NCBI GenBank assembly: GCA_937950125.1
Contig: CALFEP010000082.1
Location: forward strand, 39,446 to 103,445
Length of the DNA stretch: 64,000 bases
Direction of reading: 5' to 3'
Source of the DNA: an uncultured Bacteroidota bacterium
Lineage (GTDB): Bacteria; Bacteroidota; Bacteroidia; Bacteroidales; 4484-276
Positions 19,201 through 28,507 of the stretch are shown piece after piece. Under the pieces are notes generated by a model. It worked only from the letters and a program-made list of their open reading frames with translations, was not told where the DNA came from and did not search any database. Each line of letters opens with the position of its first letter. Positions within the stretch are counted from its first letter, which is position 1. The position numbers and the translations under genes are program-made.

Positions 19201-20642
19201 TAAAATCTGAAATAAATGAATGGATTATATGAACCCGCTGCAATGTAGGAAACGGATACAATGAACAGTACTATAAGAAATGAATATTTTAACAAAAGAA
19301 AACCATTTTCGAGTAAGGAAGCGGGTTTCAAAAAAGTATGCAACTTTTTTGCAACAAAGGGATATGCCGGCATGGCAAAAACAATTGCAACAATTAGTAA
19401 CATAACGGTCTCGGTGTTGAAAATAAAAAAACTGAGATAATTCACCCTATCCACATTGCCATCATCAAACGAAAACATCTGAGAATAATACGCTAAAGCG
19501 TATTTCAAATCAGGTGACCTGAATAAAACAAAGGTGGTTATCCACACAAAAAGCAGGTAAAAATGTTGAACAGGCGTCCAACTTTTCTCTAACATACGCA
19601 TAAATCCTAACCTTTCGATCATGATAAAAAAACCGTGAGACAAACCCCACAGCAGGAAATTCCAGGAAGCCCCATGCCAAAGCCCGGTGGCAACAAAAAC
19701 AATGATAAGATTTAAATAAATCCTTGATGTTTTCGCAACCCTGTTTCCTCCCAAAGAAATGTAGAGGTAATCTTTGAACCAGGTTGAAAGTGTCATATGC
19801 CAACGTTTCCAAACTTCCTTTACCGATTTTGCAATGTAGGGATAGTTAAAATTTTCAGGAAAATCAAAACCGAGCATCCACCCCATACCAATGGCCATGT
19901 CCGAATAGCCTGAAAAATCGTAATACAACTGGATGACATAGGCCAACATTCCAAACCATAAGATTGCTGACGACAAATCGGAGGGTGTATGAGAAAACAC
20001 CTGGTCGGCAACCGTCGCAAACGTGTTTGCAATAATCATTTTTTTTGCCAGACCAATGATAAACCTTTCTATCCCCAATGCAAATTTATTAATACTAATA
20101 TCCCGGTTTCTTAATTGATTATGAATGTCAGCATATCGGACTATTGGCCCGGCAATTAATTGTGGAAACATGGTCACAAATGTGGCATAATCAACAAAAT
20201 TCCTGTTTGCTTTAATCTTTCCTCTATAAATATCGATGGTGTACGACAGGGTTTGAAACGTGTAAAAACTTATCCCGATTGGCAAGGCTATGTGTGGCAC
20301 ATTTTGGAACGCAGTATTTGAAATACCTGTTAAATCAAGCAATTCTCTGAAATTTTCAAATGCAAAATTGAAATATTTGAAAAAACCGAGAAGCGACAGA
20401 TTAACAACAAGCGATAATGCAAGCCCTATCTTTCGGTAACCACTTTCGATCGCCTGGGCACAATAATAGTCAGCTATTGTTGAAGTTAGAAGCACCAGTA
20501 CAATCCATTTTTCGCCCCAGCTATAAAATACCAGACTTGCCATCACCATAAAAAGGTTTTTAAGCTTTAAGGGCAAAATCAGGTAGAGTGCAAGAACAAT
20601 AGGCAGAAAAAGGAAAATAAAAATCAGGCTGCTGAATAGCAA
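19200..20642 (-). CDS. MBOAT-family membrane O-acyltransferase (AlgI/DltB-like)
   Basis: 480 aa. 'LFSSLIFIFLFLPIVLALYLILP' and the 'WHMTLSTWFKDYLYISLGGNR' His block are typical of MBOAT enzymes. The only available start is a TTG, because an in-frame TAA lies two codons upstream. Confidence 0.9.
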   Translation of the reverse strand: MLFSSLIFIFLFLPIVLALYLILPLKLKNLFMVMASLVFYSWGEKWIVLVLLTSTIADYYCAQAIESGYRKIGLALSLVVNLSLLGFFKYFNFAFENFRELLDLTGISNTAFQNVPHIALPIGISFYTFQTLSYTIDIYRGKIKANRNFVDYATFVTMFPQLIAGPIVRYADIHNQLRNRDISINKFALGIERFIIGLAKKMIIANTFATVADQVFSHTPSDLSSAILWFGMLAYVIQLYYDFSGYSDMAIGMGWMLGFDFPENFNYPYIAKSVKEVWKRWHMTLSTWFKDYLYISLGGNRVAKTSRIYLNLIIVFVATGLWHGASWNFLLWGLSHGFFIMIERLGFMRMLEKSWTPVQHFYLLFVWITTFVLFRSPDLKYALAYYSQMFSFDDGNVDRVNYLSFFIFNTETVMLLIVAIVFAMPAYPFVAKKLHTFLKPASLLENGFLLLKYSFLIVLFIVSVSYIAAGSYNPFIYFRF

Positions 20643-20703
20643 AGTTTAAGTGATTTGATGTTAATTATCAGGCCTTTCAAATTAAAACAAGTATCCGCCG
20701 ATG

Positions 20704-23025
20704 CTAATTTTTCAGATAACGGCTAAAAAGTGCACGTAATAGCTGCATTCCAAAGAACACCGTGAGCACAATAAAAATCAGAAAAAAATGATAAACAAAA
20801 TTGAGATAGTGTGGTCCAATAGCATTAAACTGTGTAACAGCGAGGTAGGCAATCAGGGCAACCCTTGCATTTATCATCATAAACAATCCTGACAAAATCA
20901 CCCATGGAATCCAAAATCCACCAAACCTGTGGCGAAATAACAAAAGTACCGTCATCACCATAAAGCAACACATCGAAATCAGGGTCAGCGGGAAGGTTAG
21001 CCAGGCGGTAACCCTTGCTATAATTTTCAGCATAGCATATTTCAAACGGCTCATCAGAGGCAGGTTCAAAAGCGGATCGGGAGCCAAACCTGATGTTGCA
21101 AGGGTAATATTCTGAAACCAGGCAGTCATTTCAGGGCTATTCTGGTGATACCGCGGATATGGATGATAACCCCTGAAAGTAGATGCAAAAATAAAAGCTT
21201 CTTTAAATTTTTGAATGAAGGGGTAGGTGTAACGTTGATCCCATGAGAAGGAAAGAAGCGAAATCTGGTTTCTTCGTGGCAACCTGCCATCGTCCAATGC
21301 TTGATTGATCTCGTTCGCCAATTCACGATAAAAATCCTGCGATTTAAGCAATGTCTGATGGTAACCGGCCTGATCGGCAGCCCACCTCAGTGCCCAATAA
21401 AACCATCCACCCTTGTATTCATCAGGGTAACCGGATTCAAATCCAAGAAAAATGTTGTGGCTGTCTTCCAGGGAAACCTGAAGCTCACGAAATTTCGGAC
21501 TTACTTCATAAGCCTTCATCCTCATTTTTTTGGTAACAGGAACCATGAGTTTGTTCTCGTCATCCGCAATTTTTGTCAGCACGGTGTTCACCTCAGCAAA
21601 AGCACCCGACTTTATCTCGTTGACAATAAATTTACCGTACCAGAAATAGTTGATGGTAGCGATTGATGAATTGCCTATTCCGAGAAACAGAAAAGGAAGG
21701 ATAAATAGACCCACTTTTTTCCAGGGTAACAATTCAACTGATGTTGACCCATCGGCAACGGCCAGGGTACGCCTTTTTTTTATCAACAGGAAAATTCCCC
21801 AAACCGAAAACCAGACTATTGCCGGTAGCATAATGACCCCCTCCTCTCGTGTATTCCAAAATGCAAATAATGCCAGTGAAGCCAGAATGCTCCACCTGAA
21901 AAGCGACCCCATGTTACCATTTCTGTTCACCAGCAAACCTATAAATGTTGCGAAAACCAAAACCCCAAGCGAAGAATAAATGCCTTCCCTCAGTACCCTG
22001 GTCATTGGCTCCACCGTTGTCATTGGGTTAAACAGGATAACAGCAAACAAAACAATTTTCCAAATTCGACTGCGTATTAAACCTGATAATGCATACACAA
22101 AAATTAAGGCCGTGACCACCAACAACAGAAACTGTGAAAAAGGCAAAGGAAGTCCCACACTATTGCTCAAAACAATAAACACAGAATACATGAATCCTTT
22201 GATAAGTGTAAACTGCGAATAATCGCCAAGCCATTGCCCGTTTGCCAGAAAGCAGGCCATATTGATATACAAAGCATCATCGTGCACGGCATTGGTAATA
22301 AAACACATTGGTTGAGCTGAAATCAGAAAAAACTTAAAGACGACCAGTGCAATTACCCAGGCTGCGTATTTTCTGTCGATGGCCAGAAAAAAGCTCTGCA
22401 TGTACCCGAATATCGCCCTCGTGGCCTGTCTTATTTTTGTTGTAATCGCTTGTCCAAAAATTAACAATAATAACCAGACTATAACACAAACTACCAGCAC
22501 AGCGAGCGTACGATTGCGGCTTTTTGTTTTGTCAACCAGATTGAGTGAATCCTGAATGTTTTCATTAAAATTAAGTATTGGATCATTTCCTTCCGGGATG
22601 AAATGTACATATTCAGCGCTGTCGGGCAAATTGCTGGCATGTAAACCCAACAGGCTAAAACGGGAGAGAATTTCCTGTCCCTTTATGACCACGGAATCTT
22701 CTAATCCTTTAAAACATATCTTCCTGATTGAAAAATGAACCGGATCGCTTGTCGGATCAAGCCTAAGCCTGCTTATATCAACAGCTGGCAACAAAAATGA
22801 CAGGCGCTGAAAACTACCATCTCCTGAGTATTGGTTACGAACCTTTGCAATCTCATTAAAATTTCCGTCGGAAGAATAAAAAACCTCTCCATTGCACACA
22901 GTGTCGCATTTCATTTCTACCTCGACCTTAATGGGATAATAATAAGTCTTTTTAAAAGTCGCAAGAAACAACAATGCGATTAAAACAGAGAAAAGGACAA
23001 ACTGCAATTGTTTGAATTTTTTCAT
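20704..23025 (-). CDS. Large polytopic membrane protein: N-terminal 'FNE...LRLDP' module, multi-TM core, soluble loop domain, C-terminal TM bundle (function unknown, GT-C-like?)
   Basis: Start taken at the ATG at 23025 (MKKFKQLQFVLFSVLIALLFL, a signal anchor). The track's 32-aa N-terminal extension overlaps a GC-rich hairpin. There is an acidic 'NAVHDDALY' motif after the first core helix. Confidence 0.8.
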   Translation of the reverse strand: MKKFKQLQFVLFSVLIALLFLATFKKTYYYPIKVEVEMKCDTVCNGEVFYSSDGNFNEIAKVRNQYSGDGSFQRLSFLLPAVDISRLRLDPTSDPVHFSIRKICFKGLEDSVVIKGQEILSRFSLLGLHASNLPDSAEYVHFIPEGNDPILNFNENIQDSLNLVDKTKSRNRTLAVLVVCVIVWLLLLIFGQAITTKIRQATRAIFGYMQSFFLAIDRKYAAWVIALVVFKFFLISAQPMCFITNAVHDDALYINMACFLANGQWLGDYSQFTLIKGFMYSVFIVLSNSVGLPLPFSQFLLLVVTALIFVYALSGLIRSRIWKIVLFAVILFNPMTTVEPMTRVLREGIYSSLGVLVFATFIGLLVNRNGNMGSLFRWSILASLALFAFWNTREEGVIMLPAIVWFSVWGIFLLIKKRRTLAVADGSTSVELLPWKKVGLFILPFLFLGIGNSSIATINYFWYGKFIVNEIKSGAFAEVNTVLTKIADDENKLMVPVTKKMRMKAYEVSPKFRELQVSLEDSHNIFLGFESGYPDEYKGGWFYWALRWAADQAGYHQTLLKSQDFYRELANEINQALDDGRLPRRNQISLLSFSWDQRYTYPFIQKFKEAFIFASTFRGYHPYPRYHQNSPEMTAWFQNITLATSGLAPDPLLNLPLMSRLKYAMLKIIARVTAWLTFPLTLISMCCFMVMTVLLLFRHRFGGFWIPWVILSGLFMMINARVALIAYLAVTQFNAIGPHYLNFVYHFFLIFIVLTVFFGMQLLRALFSRYLKN

Positions 23026-23084
23026 GGAAAATTTACAATTATGAGCTGAGCTATAAAAACCAGTTTTTCGCCAGAAAACCTGTC

Positions 23085-23112
23085 TGCCTTCCTGCCTTTG
23101 GCAGGCCGGCAG
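23085..23112 (-). terminator. GC-rich stem-loop directly after the 1265-aa gene (weak terminator or attenuator candidate)
   Basis: CTGCC-tt-CCTGCC ttt GGCAGG-cc-GGCAG gives an 11 bp interrupted stem. It begins 12 nt after the stop at 23125. On the transcript it is followed by 'acaggUUUUC'. Confidence 0.3.
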
Positions 23113-23124
23113 GAATCTCAAATT

Positions 23125-26100
23125 TTATGACAATGCCTTTTCCGGCAAGTCAAAAGTTCTGACATCATAATACTGTTCAAATTTGTCGTCAGTCATTTCA
23201 GGCCAGAGATTACGCAAATTCAGTTCTACGCTTTCGACCATCAGTTTCCTGATATTTTTCGGTATCTCAAACTCGTCATGAATGAACCTGTGCATGTGGT
23301 AATATTCGGGTACTGTTAATGCCGCCTCATTTTTGGTTGCACCAATCACAGATTTTGCGTGTATTCGATGGAAGTTGAGATGCTGATGAAAATACGCCAG
23401 AGAGCCTTGCTTCAACACTGAAAGATACAATTTCCAGTCACCGGTTGTTTTCAGGCCTGAAATCCCTGAAAAATCAAGATGATCAAACACGCTTCGCCTG
23501 AAAAGTACGGCACTCACATTGGGAATGATGTTGCGGACAGCCAGTGCATTTTCAATTTCCTGCCTGCCGTCGGTGATGTAGTCATTTTGCCATCTTTCGC
23601 GCGGGAAACCAAGTCCATCATAATGACCTGAACGTAGGTAATGTTCGTTGGAAACAACGTCATTCTCATCAACACAATGCGACGCGCAATACGCCATCAT
23701 CACAGCCAGGTTGTTAAAAGCCGGAATGAGAGAGGAGAGAAAATCATGACTGGCATAATCATCCCCTTCAGCTATCCAGACCAGGGCACCCCGAGCCATC
23801 TCAATACCTTTCTGCCATTGCCTTAATGGTGAACCACTGTTGGTTTCATTGCCAATAATACGCAAAGCAGGATGAGAAAGGTATTCTGAGGCAACTTCCA
23901 GGCTATTGTCAGTGGAGGCATCATCGAGGATAATGATCTCCACATCGCGGAATTGCTGTTTCAGGATCGAATCGAGACGGTTGCGAAGAAATGGCGCCTG
24001 ATTGAAAACAGGAACAATCACACTAACAGCCGGGGCAGTCTTCATGGCCGCATGGCAAATCTTCAGTATCTGAGGCACAGCAATATCGTCGGTATGTCGT
24101 GCAAGCATTTTATTGCGGGCTGCTTTCCCTTTTTTAATTCTGGTTTCCTTGTCAGAAATAAGCTGGCCGATAGCTTCTGCTGCTTTCATGATGTCAAGGT
24201 ATGGAACAATATACCCGGCATCTTCTTCCACAAAGGCAGGCATACCGCCAGCATCGGCAAAACAAATTACAGGAAGCTCACATTCAGCTGCTTCGAGACA
24301 TACCAGAGGGTACGGGTCTTCACGGGATGGGAGATAAAACATGTCGCCTGCCTTAAAATACTCTTTCGGATTTTCTTTTTCGCCTGTAAACAGCACGATA
24401 TCTTCCAGTTGAAGTTCACTGATGCGCTTTTCCTGCATTTGCCATTCACCCCAATCGGCCATCTCGTTGTTCCAGTGGTTTGACCCGATCCAGCAAAAAA
24501 CAAAATCTACGATGCCCATATTTTTCAAAATTCCGGCTGTTTCGATGAATAAATCGGTTCCTTTTCTCCAGTAAATGGTCCCACATCCCCAGATAATTGC
24601 TTTATCAGTTGGCAAACCATACATTTGCCGGTGATGGATTTTATCGGCAGGCTCAAAAAAACCGGGCCGGATAAATTCATCAACCTGATGCAAAATAGCC
24701 GGCTCAAGGCCATGATTTACCATCAGGTTATTGTAAACCGGCAAGGAGCAGGCAATGTAGGTGGCAGTGGTTTTTTTCATCTGATTTCTGATTTCCGGAG
24801 TGGCGTAAATCTTTATCGATTCTTCCAGTTCGTGAATGTGTGTTATGACGGGTGCACCAAACCCAACCAGCCATCGGTAAACCGTAGCCGACAATATCGT
24901 ATTTCCATAAATAAGGTCAACATTGCCTGTCAGCCCTTTAATCATGTCAAATGCCTCCTGCTCCCGGTGATGCGCCAGCATTTCATCCAACAAAATTACT
25001 TTTGCTGCACGACGGTATTCAGTCAACATTTTACCTCCGTCATTCCCCTTTTTTATAGCAACAACCGTTAGCTCGTAAGCAGTATGACGCTTCAGCCAGT
25101 TCAAAATATGAAGGAGTATCATTTCGGCGCCTGCCCTGAAAAGGTCATGGGCGATAAAAAGTATTTTTCTGGAACCTGCCCTGAAATCAATTCCACTTTC
25201 GCGCTCAGAATGAACCACTTCCCTGGGAAAAAAGACCGTTTTATGCTTGTAGCCTGCCATTTCAGCCATTTTGCCCATCATCCTTTCGATGGTGTGCGAT
25301 AAGGCGCCGTCGATATCCCCGGATTCAACTTCAAAATCTTTTTGACTGAATTTCAACGTATTAAAATAACTTAGCGCCAGCGGACGGAACCAAAACATGT
25401 TTCCCACAGGAAAATGAAAGGGTTCATCGAGTGCTGGCGGCTGTAAATCGCTGAAATAAAGCATAGCATTTTGCCGGTTTTTCTCTCTGCTTAATGCTGG
25501 CCCCCATCCTAAATGGATACCCAGATATTTAAGATAGGGAAAAGGCAAAGGCCACACAATTCCGAGTCGTTCATCAGCCTCAAAAGCTGTGATGATACGC
25601 TTGATTATTTTTCGACTTCCCAGCAGATTTTCTAACAAGTAGGTGCGCCAGCCTTCGAGTTCTTTATTGTGAGAACTTTTTTTTGAATGAACCTTGCAAA
25701 CCAGATCGTAATTGCGCAGGCAATCTGAAAACATGGATAAAAAAGGCGCAACATCCCGTCCGAGGTTGGGGACGGCACGAATGTTTATGTTGACATCCTT
25801 CATTTTCTGCCCGAAATATTCTTCGAGATACGACAAACTTTGTTCTGATGTTGTGATATAAAAGTCGCAGGGGTATGGTATCCGACGGAAATACATCATA
25901 AACTCATCAGCAAGTTCTTTGTGAAACAAGTGGCAAACTACAGCAATCTTAATGGGCTTTTCGATGGGTTCAATCATATCAGCATCCGTGATGTCAGCCT
26001 CTGCAATACACTGACTTTCATCATATTCAAAGGGTTTTGGTAAACGCCCCTCAGCTTCACCAAACTTTATATAATGAATTAGGGGATTTACTCCCATGTC

Positions 26101-26922
26101 TTTCACATCTGCATAAGTACTCAGATAATAAAAGGTCTCGAACAAAGGCCCTGGATTCCTGCGTTCCTTCCAGCCAAAATGATAAAAATGAAATTCCGGC
26201 GCAATGCCGCTCGCTTTCACATCGGCATTCACGCGTAAATAATAATCTGCATCAAAGTACCCGCTTTTTTTAATCATCTGAATTTCGGCGTCAACCAAAC
26301 TACCGCTGGATACATTCTCGCCGTAAGGCCAAAACTGCGGGTTATCCAGCCTTGAAAGGTACCCTTCAGAGAATTTTTTGTAATCGATTTCACCCGTCTC
26401 GTTTTTCCCGTTTCCGTGCAAAAGAAAGTGAACCAGGGGATTCACTCCTGATTGCGCAACACCGGGATTGTAAATAAGGTAAGAAGAACTGTCGAATAGA
26501 TCAGACGGATTGCGGCCTTCCAGGCCACCATAAAGCAAATAATGCCGAATGGGATTCAGGCCTGAATTTATGACGTCAGGATAAGACCGGACGTAAAAAT
26601 CTTTGTCAAAGTAGCCACTTTTTTTCAGCAAACGGGCATGTTTACAATATGTGATTTCTGACCTGAACTTATTGATGCTCAGGATTGCAAGCAACCATCT
26701 TTTTACCCACCTTAACAGCCTCTGAACCCTGAAAGCAATGTTCCTGCGACAAAACATCAGTTTTCCTCCCCGGCTATCCGGTGCAGTAGGGCTTGGGGCA
26801 GATGAAAATTCATTTTCTACCGGGGAATTTTCTTTTCTGTCAGCACCATCCAATTGTTCCCTCAAAAAGTCTTCCCTTCCGGACGTCATCAGATCTTTTA
26901 AAGCATTTTGATTTTCATGCAT
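23125..26922 (-). CDS. 1265-aa multi-domain glycosyltransferase: 4x 'NPDV/NPL.HY' repeats + RgpF domain + GT4 (GT-B) + GT2 (GT-A)
   Basis: Repeats at aa 100-297. RgpF blocks 'IAVVCHLFHKELADEF', 'GRDVAPFLSMF' and 'VCKVHSKKS'. GT4 block 'REDPYPLVCLEAAECELPVICFADAGGMPAFV'. GT2 block 'VSVIVPVFNQAPFLRNRLDSILKQQFRDVEIIILDDASTDNS'. Confidence 0.9.
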   Translation of the reverse strand: MHENQNALKDLMTSGREDFLREQLDGADRKENSPVENEFSSAPSPTAPDSRGGKLMFCRRNIAFRVQRLLRWVKRWLLAILSINKFRSEITYCKHARLLKKSGYFDKDFYVRSYPDVINSGLNPIRHYLLYGGLEGRNPSDLFDSSSYLIYNPGVAQSGVNPLVHFLLHGNGKNETGEIDYKKFSEGYLSRLDNPQFWPYGENVSSGSLVDAEIQMIKKSGYFDADYYLRVNADVKASGIAPEFHFYHFGWKERRNPGPLFETFYYLSTYADVKDMGVNPLIHYIKFGEAEGRLPKPFEYDESQCIAEADITDADMIEPIEKPIKIAVVCHLFHKELADEFMMYFRRIPYPCDFYITTSEQSLSYLEEYFGQKMKDVNINIRAVPNLGRDVAPFLSMFSDCLRNYDLVCKVHSKKSSHNKELEGWRTYLLENLLGSRKIIKRIITAFEADERLGIVWPLPFPYLKYLGIHLGWGPALSREKNRQNAMLYFSDLQPPALDEPFHFPVGNMFWFRPLALSYFNTLKFSQKDFEVESGDIDGALSHTIERMMGKMAEMAGYKHKTVFFPREVVHSERESGIDFRAGSRKILFIAHDLFRAGAEMILLHILNWLKRHTAYELTVVAIKKGNDGGKMLTEYRRAAKVILLDEMLAHHREQEAFDMIKGLTGNVDLIYGNTILSATVYRWLVGFGAPVITHIHELEESIKIYATPEIRNQMKKTTATYIACSLPVYNNLMVNHGLEPAILHQVDEFIRPGFFEPADKIHHRQMYGLPTDKAIIWGCGTIYWRKGTDLFIETAGILKNMGIVDFVFCWIGSNHWNNEMADWGEWQMQEKRISELQLEDIVLFTGEKENPKEYFKAGDMFYLPSREDPYPLVCLEAAECELPVICFADAGGMPAFVEEDAGYIVPYLDIMKAAEAIGQLISDKETRIKKGKAARNKMLARHTDDIAVPQILKICHAAMKTAPAVSVIVPVFNQAPFLRNRLDSILKQQFRDVEIIILDDASTDNSLEVASEYLSHPALRIIGNETNSGSPLRQWQKGIEMARGALVWIAEGDDYASHDFLSSLIPAFNNLAVMMAYCASHCVDENDVVSNEHYLRSGHYDGLGFPRERWQNDYITDGRQEIENALAVRNIIPNVSAVLFRRSVFDHLDFSGISGLKTTGDWKLYLSVLKQGSLAYFHQHLNFHRIHAKSVIGATKNEAALTVPEYYHMHRFIHDEFEIPKNIRKLMVESVELNLRNLWPEMTDDKFEQYYDVRTFDLPEKALS
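26032..26625 (-). repeat. Four tandem protein-level repeats of about 40 aa, 'FD..(F/Y)Y...(N/Y)PDV..(S/A)G.NPL.HY...G..EGR.P'
   Basis: YFDKDFYVRSYPDVINSGLNPIRHYLLYGGLEGRNP / FDSSSYLIYNPGVAQSGVNPLVHFLLHG / YFDADYYLRVNADVKASGIAPEFHFYHFGWKERRNP / FETFYYLSTYADVKDMGVNPLIHYIKFGEAEGRLP. Confidence 0.8.
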
Positions 26923-27217
26923 TCACTACAATAATTTTCGAATAAGAAGAAGAGGTTTTAAAAGACGGTTTTTTTACTTTTCTACCTGGCGGCCATTTGT
27001 TTTTTAATTGTCACAGTTTGAAACCGGGCAGAAACAAGATTTCCCGTATTAATTCTTTGTCATTACTCGGTATTGATAAACCTTTTGCAAGGGCATGCCA
27101 CCCGGTGGCTATGTTGTCATGCATGTCAATCTTTGGTTTAAGCTGGCTATGATAGGTTGTTACATTTCTTGCTACACCCGTTTTGAGGCCTCAACCCTGT
27201 CATTTTGTTGATGCTTG

Positions 27218-28507
27218 TTATGGTTCGTTGAGGCGGTAAATATTATTTGCTACCGATTCATCAAGTATCCAAGTCCCTCTCGACTCATCAGGAAAGAGTG
27301 TTTTCGGGCATGTTTTGGTTTCGTAATACGTTTTCATTCCTTCGGTTAACAAGGTTTTATGTTTTTCAAGTTTGTGAAAACCATACATTGTGCGACCAGC
27401 GTAAAACAGCAAACTACCGAGCATAATAGCCACCATGACCCATTTGTTGATTTCAGGAAAACACTGAAGTACCAGGATGTACATCAAGGCCAAAAATAAG
27501 GCAGTTATCAACCGGTAACGGTCAGCGGTAGCCACTTCTATCCCTATTCCTATTCGCGAAAAACTAATAACTGCTGCCACTGACACGATAAAAAACATTA
27601 AACCCAGGGTTACAGGATGCATTTTAATACATTTCCACCGGGATATGACCAGCCAAAGGCAAAACAGCAGGATGAAACACCCCAACAAGATAACCGGCAG
27701 GAGTTGTTTCCCAAAAAAAGGAAAGAAGTTATTGGCAAAGAAAGCAGCAAAAAACATCAGACTTCCGATGGAGCGATCGACATCATAAAAACCCGGTTTT
27801 CCCTGAGTAATTAACACATAATTACTGAAGTAACTGAGTACTGAAATTACGGCAAACAACGACCAGACAGCAATCTTATTGCGGCGCATTGGCTTCTCCA
27901 AAAACAAAATGATGTATCCCGCGATAAATACAAAAAGCCCGCTACCAAACGAAAATGTTGCTGCAATGGCAAGTATGACAGCCAGGATAAAAAACCTATG
28001 CTGACTTTTGTTTAAAAACCAAAGTGAAGCCATGATTAAAACGTATTGTACTACGCCGTTCATGGTCATTAAACTCATGTCGGTAATATGGCCCATAGGA
28101 GGAGTGAGCAACAGAACTACCGGAATAAAAAACAACATGTTTCTCTTTTCTGCCGGTAAAAAGTAGTATAAAAGTATGATTAAGATAATGATAGCCAAAT
28201 TGCCTGCAATGGTCATGAACCGGAAATTGATTTCACCCATCATCAGGTAGTTGATTAAAACCATGGCATAATAGGAAAAAATACGGTGTTCGCCATGTTG
28301 CCGGATCAATAGTCTGGCTTTATCACCAATACCAGCCTCATTAAATTTTAACAACCAATCAAGCGCTGCATCAAACTCATCCCAAAAGGGAATATTGACC
28401 GCATAGTGAAATACAGCGATAAAATAAATCGCCAGTGGCAATACAATAGCCAGATAGCCTAAAATGCTTACCCCGGAATTTTTCGATAAGGGCAAACTAA
28501 GTTTCAT
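27218..28507 (-). CDS. Polytopic membrane protein, divergent paralog B of the 16587/42718 family
   Basis: 'HYAVNIPFWDEFDA', 'RQHGEHR' and 'ATADRYRL' align with the motifs of paralogs A and C. Start taken at the ATG at 28507 (MKLSLPLSK), which overlaps the upstream stop by 11 nt. Confidence 0.75.
   Translation of the reverse strand: MKLSLPLSKNSGVSILGYLAIVLPLAIYFIAVFHYAVNIPFWDEFDAALDWLLKFNEAGIGDKARLLIRQHGEHRIFSYYAMVLINYLMMGEINFRFMTIAGNLAIIILIILLYYFLPAEKRNMLFFIPVVLLLTPPMGHITDMSLMTMNGVVQYVLIMASLWFLNKSQHRFFILAVILAIAATFSFGSGLFVFIAGYIILFLEKPMRRNKIAVWSLFAVISVLSYFSNYVLITQGKPGFYDVDRSIGSLMFFAAFFANNFFPFFGKQLLPVILLGCFILLFCLWLVISRWKCIKMHPVTLGLMFFIVSVAAVISFSRIGIGIEVATADRYRLITALFLALMYILVLQCFPEINKWVMVAIMLGSLLFYAGRTMYGFHKLEKHKTLLTEGMKTYYETKTCPKTLFPDESRGTWILDESVANNIYRLNEP

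Noticed and set aside
23026-23121. N-terminal extensions implied by the longest-ORF starts: 23121 here, and likewise 28508..28615, 47849..47902, 12895..13029, 37244..37285 and 49252..49257.
   Set aside because: The extensions overlap upstream genes or hairpins. Several begin at TTG and encode implausible Cys/Arg/Trp-rich peptides. In each case an in-frame ATG follows and gives a typical signal anchor or conserved N-terminus, often forming a classic ATGA or short overlap with the upstream stop.
27183-27194. Palindrome TTGAGGCCTCAA just after the stop of the gene at 27218, considered as a terminator.
   Set aside because: It is a perfect palindrome with no loop and no adjacent U-tract. A hairpin would retain only about 4 bp once a minimal loop is formed.
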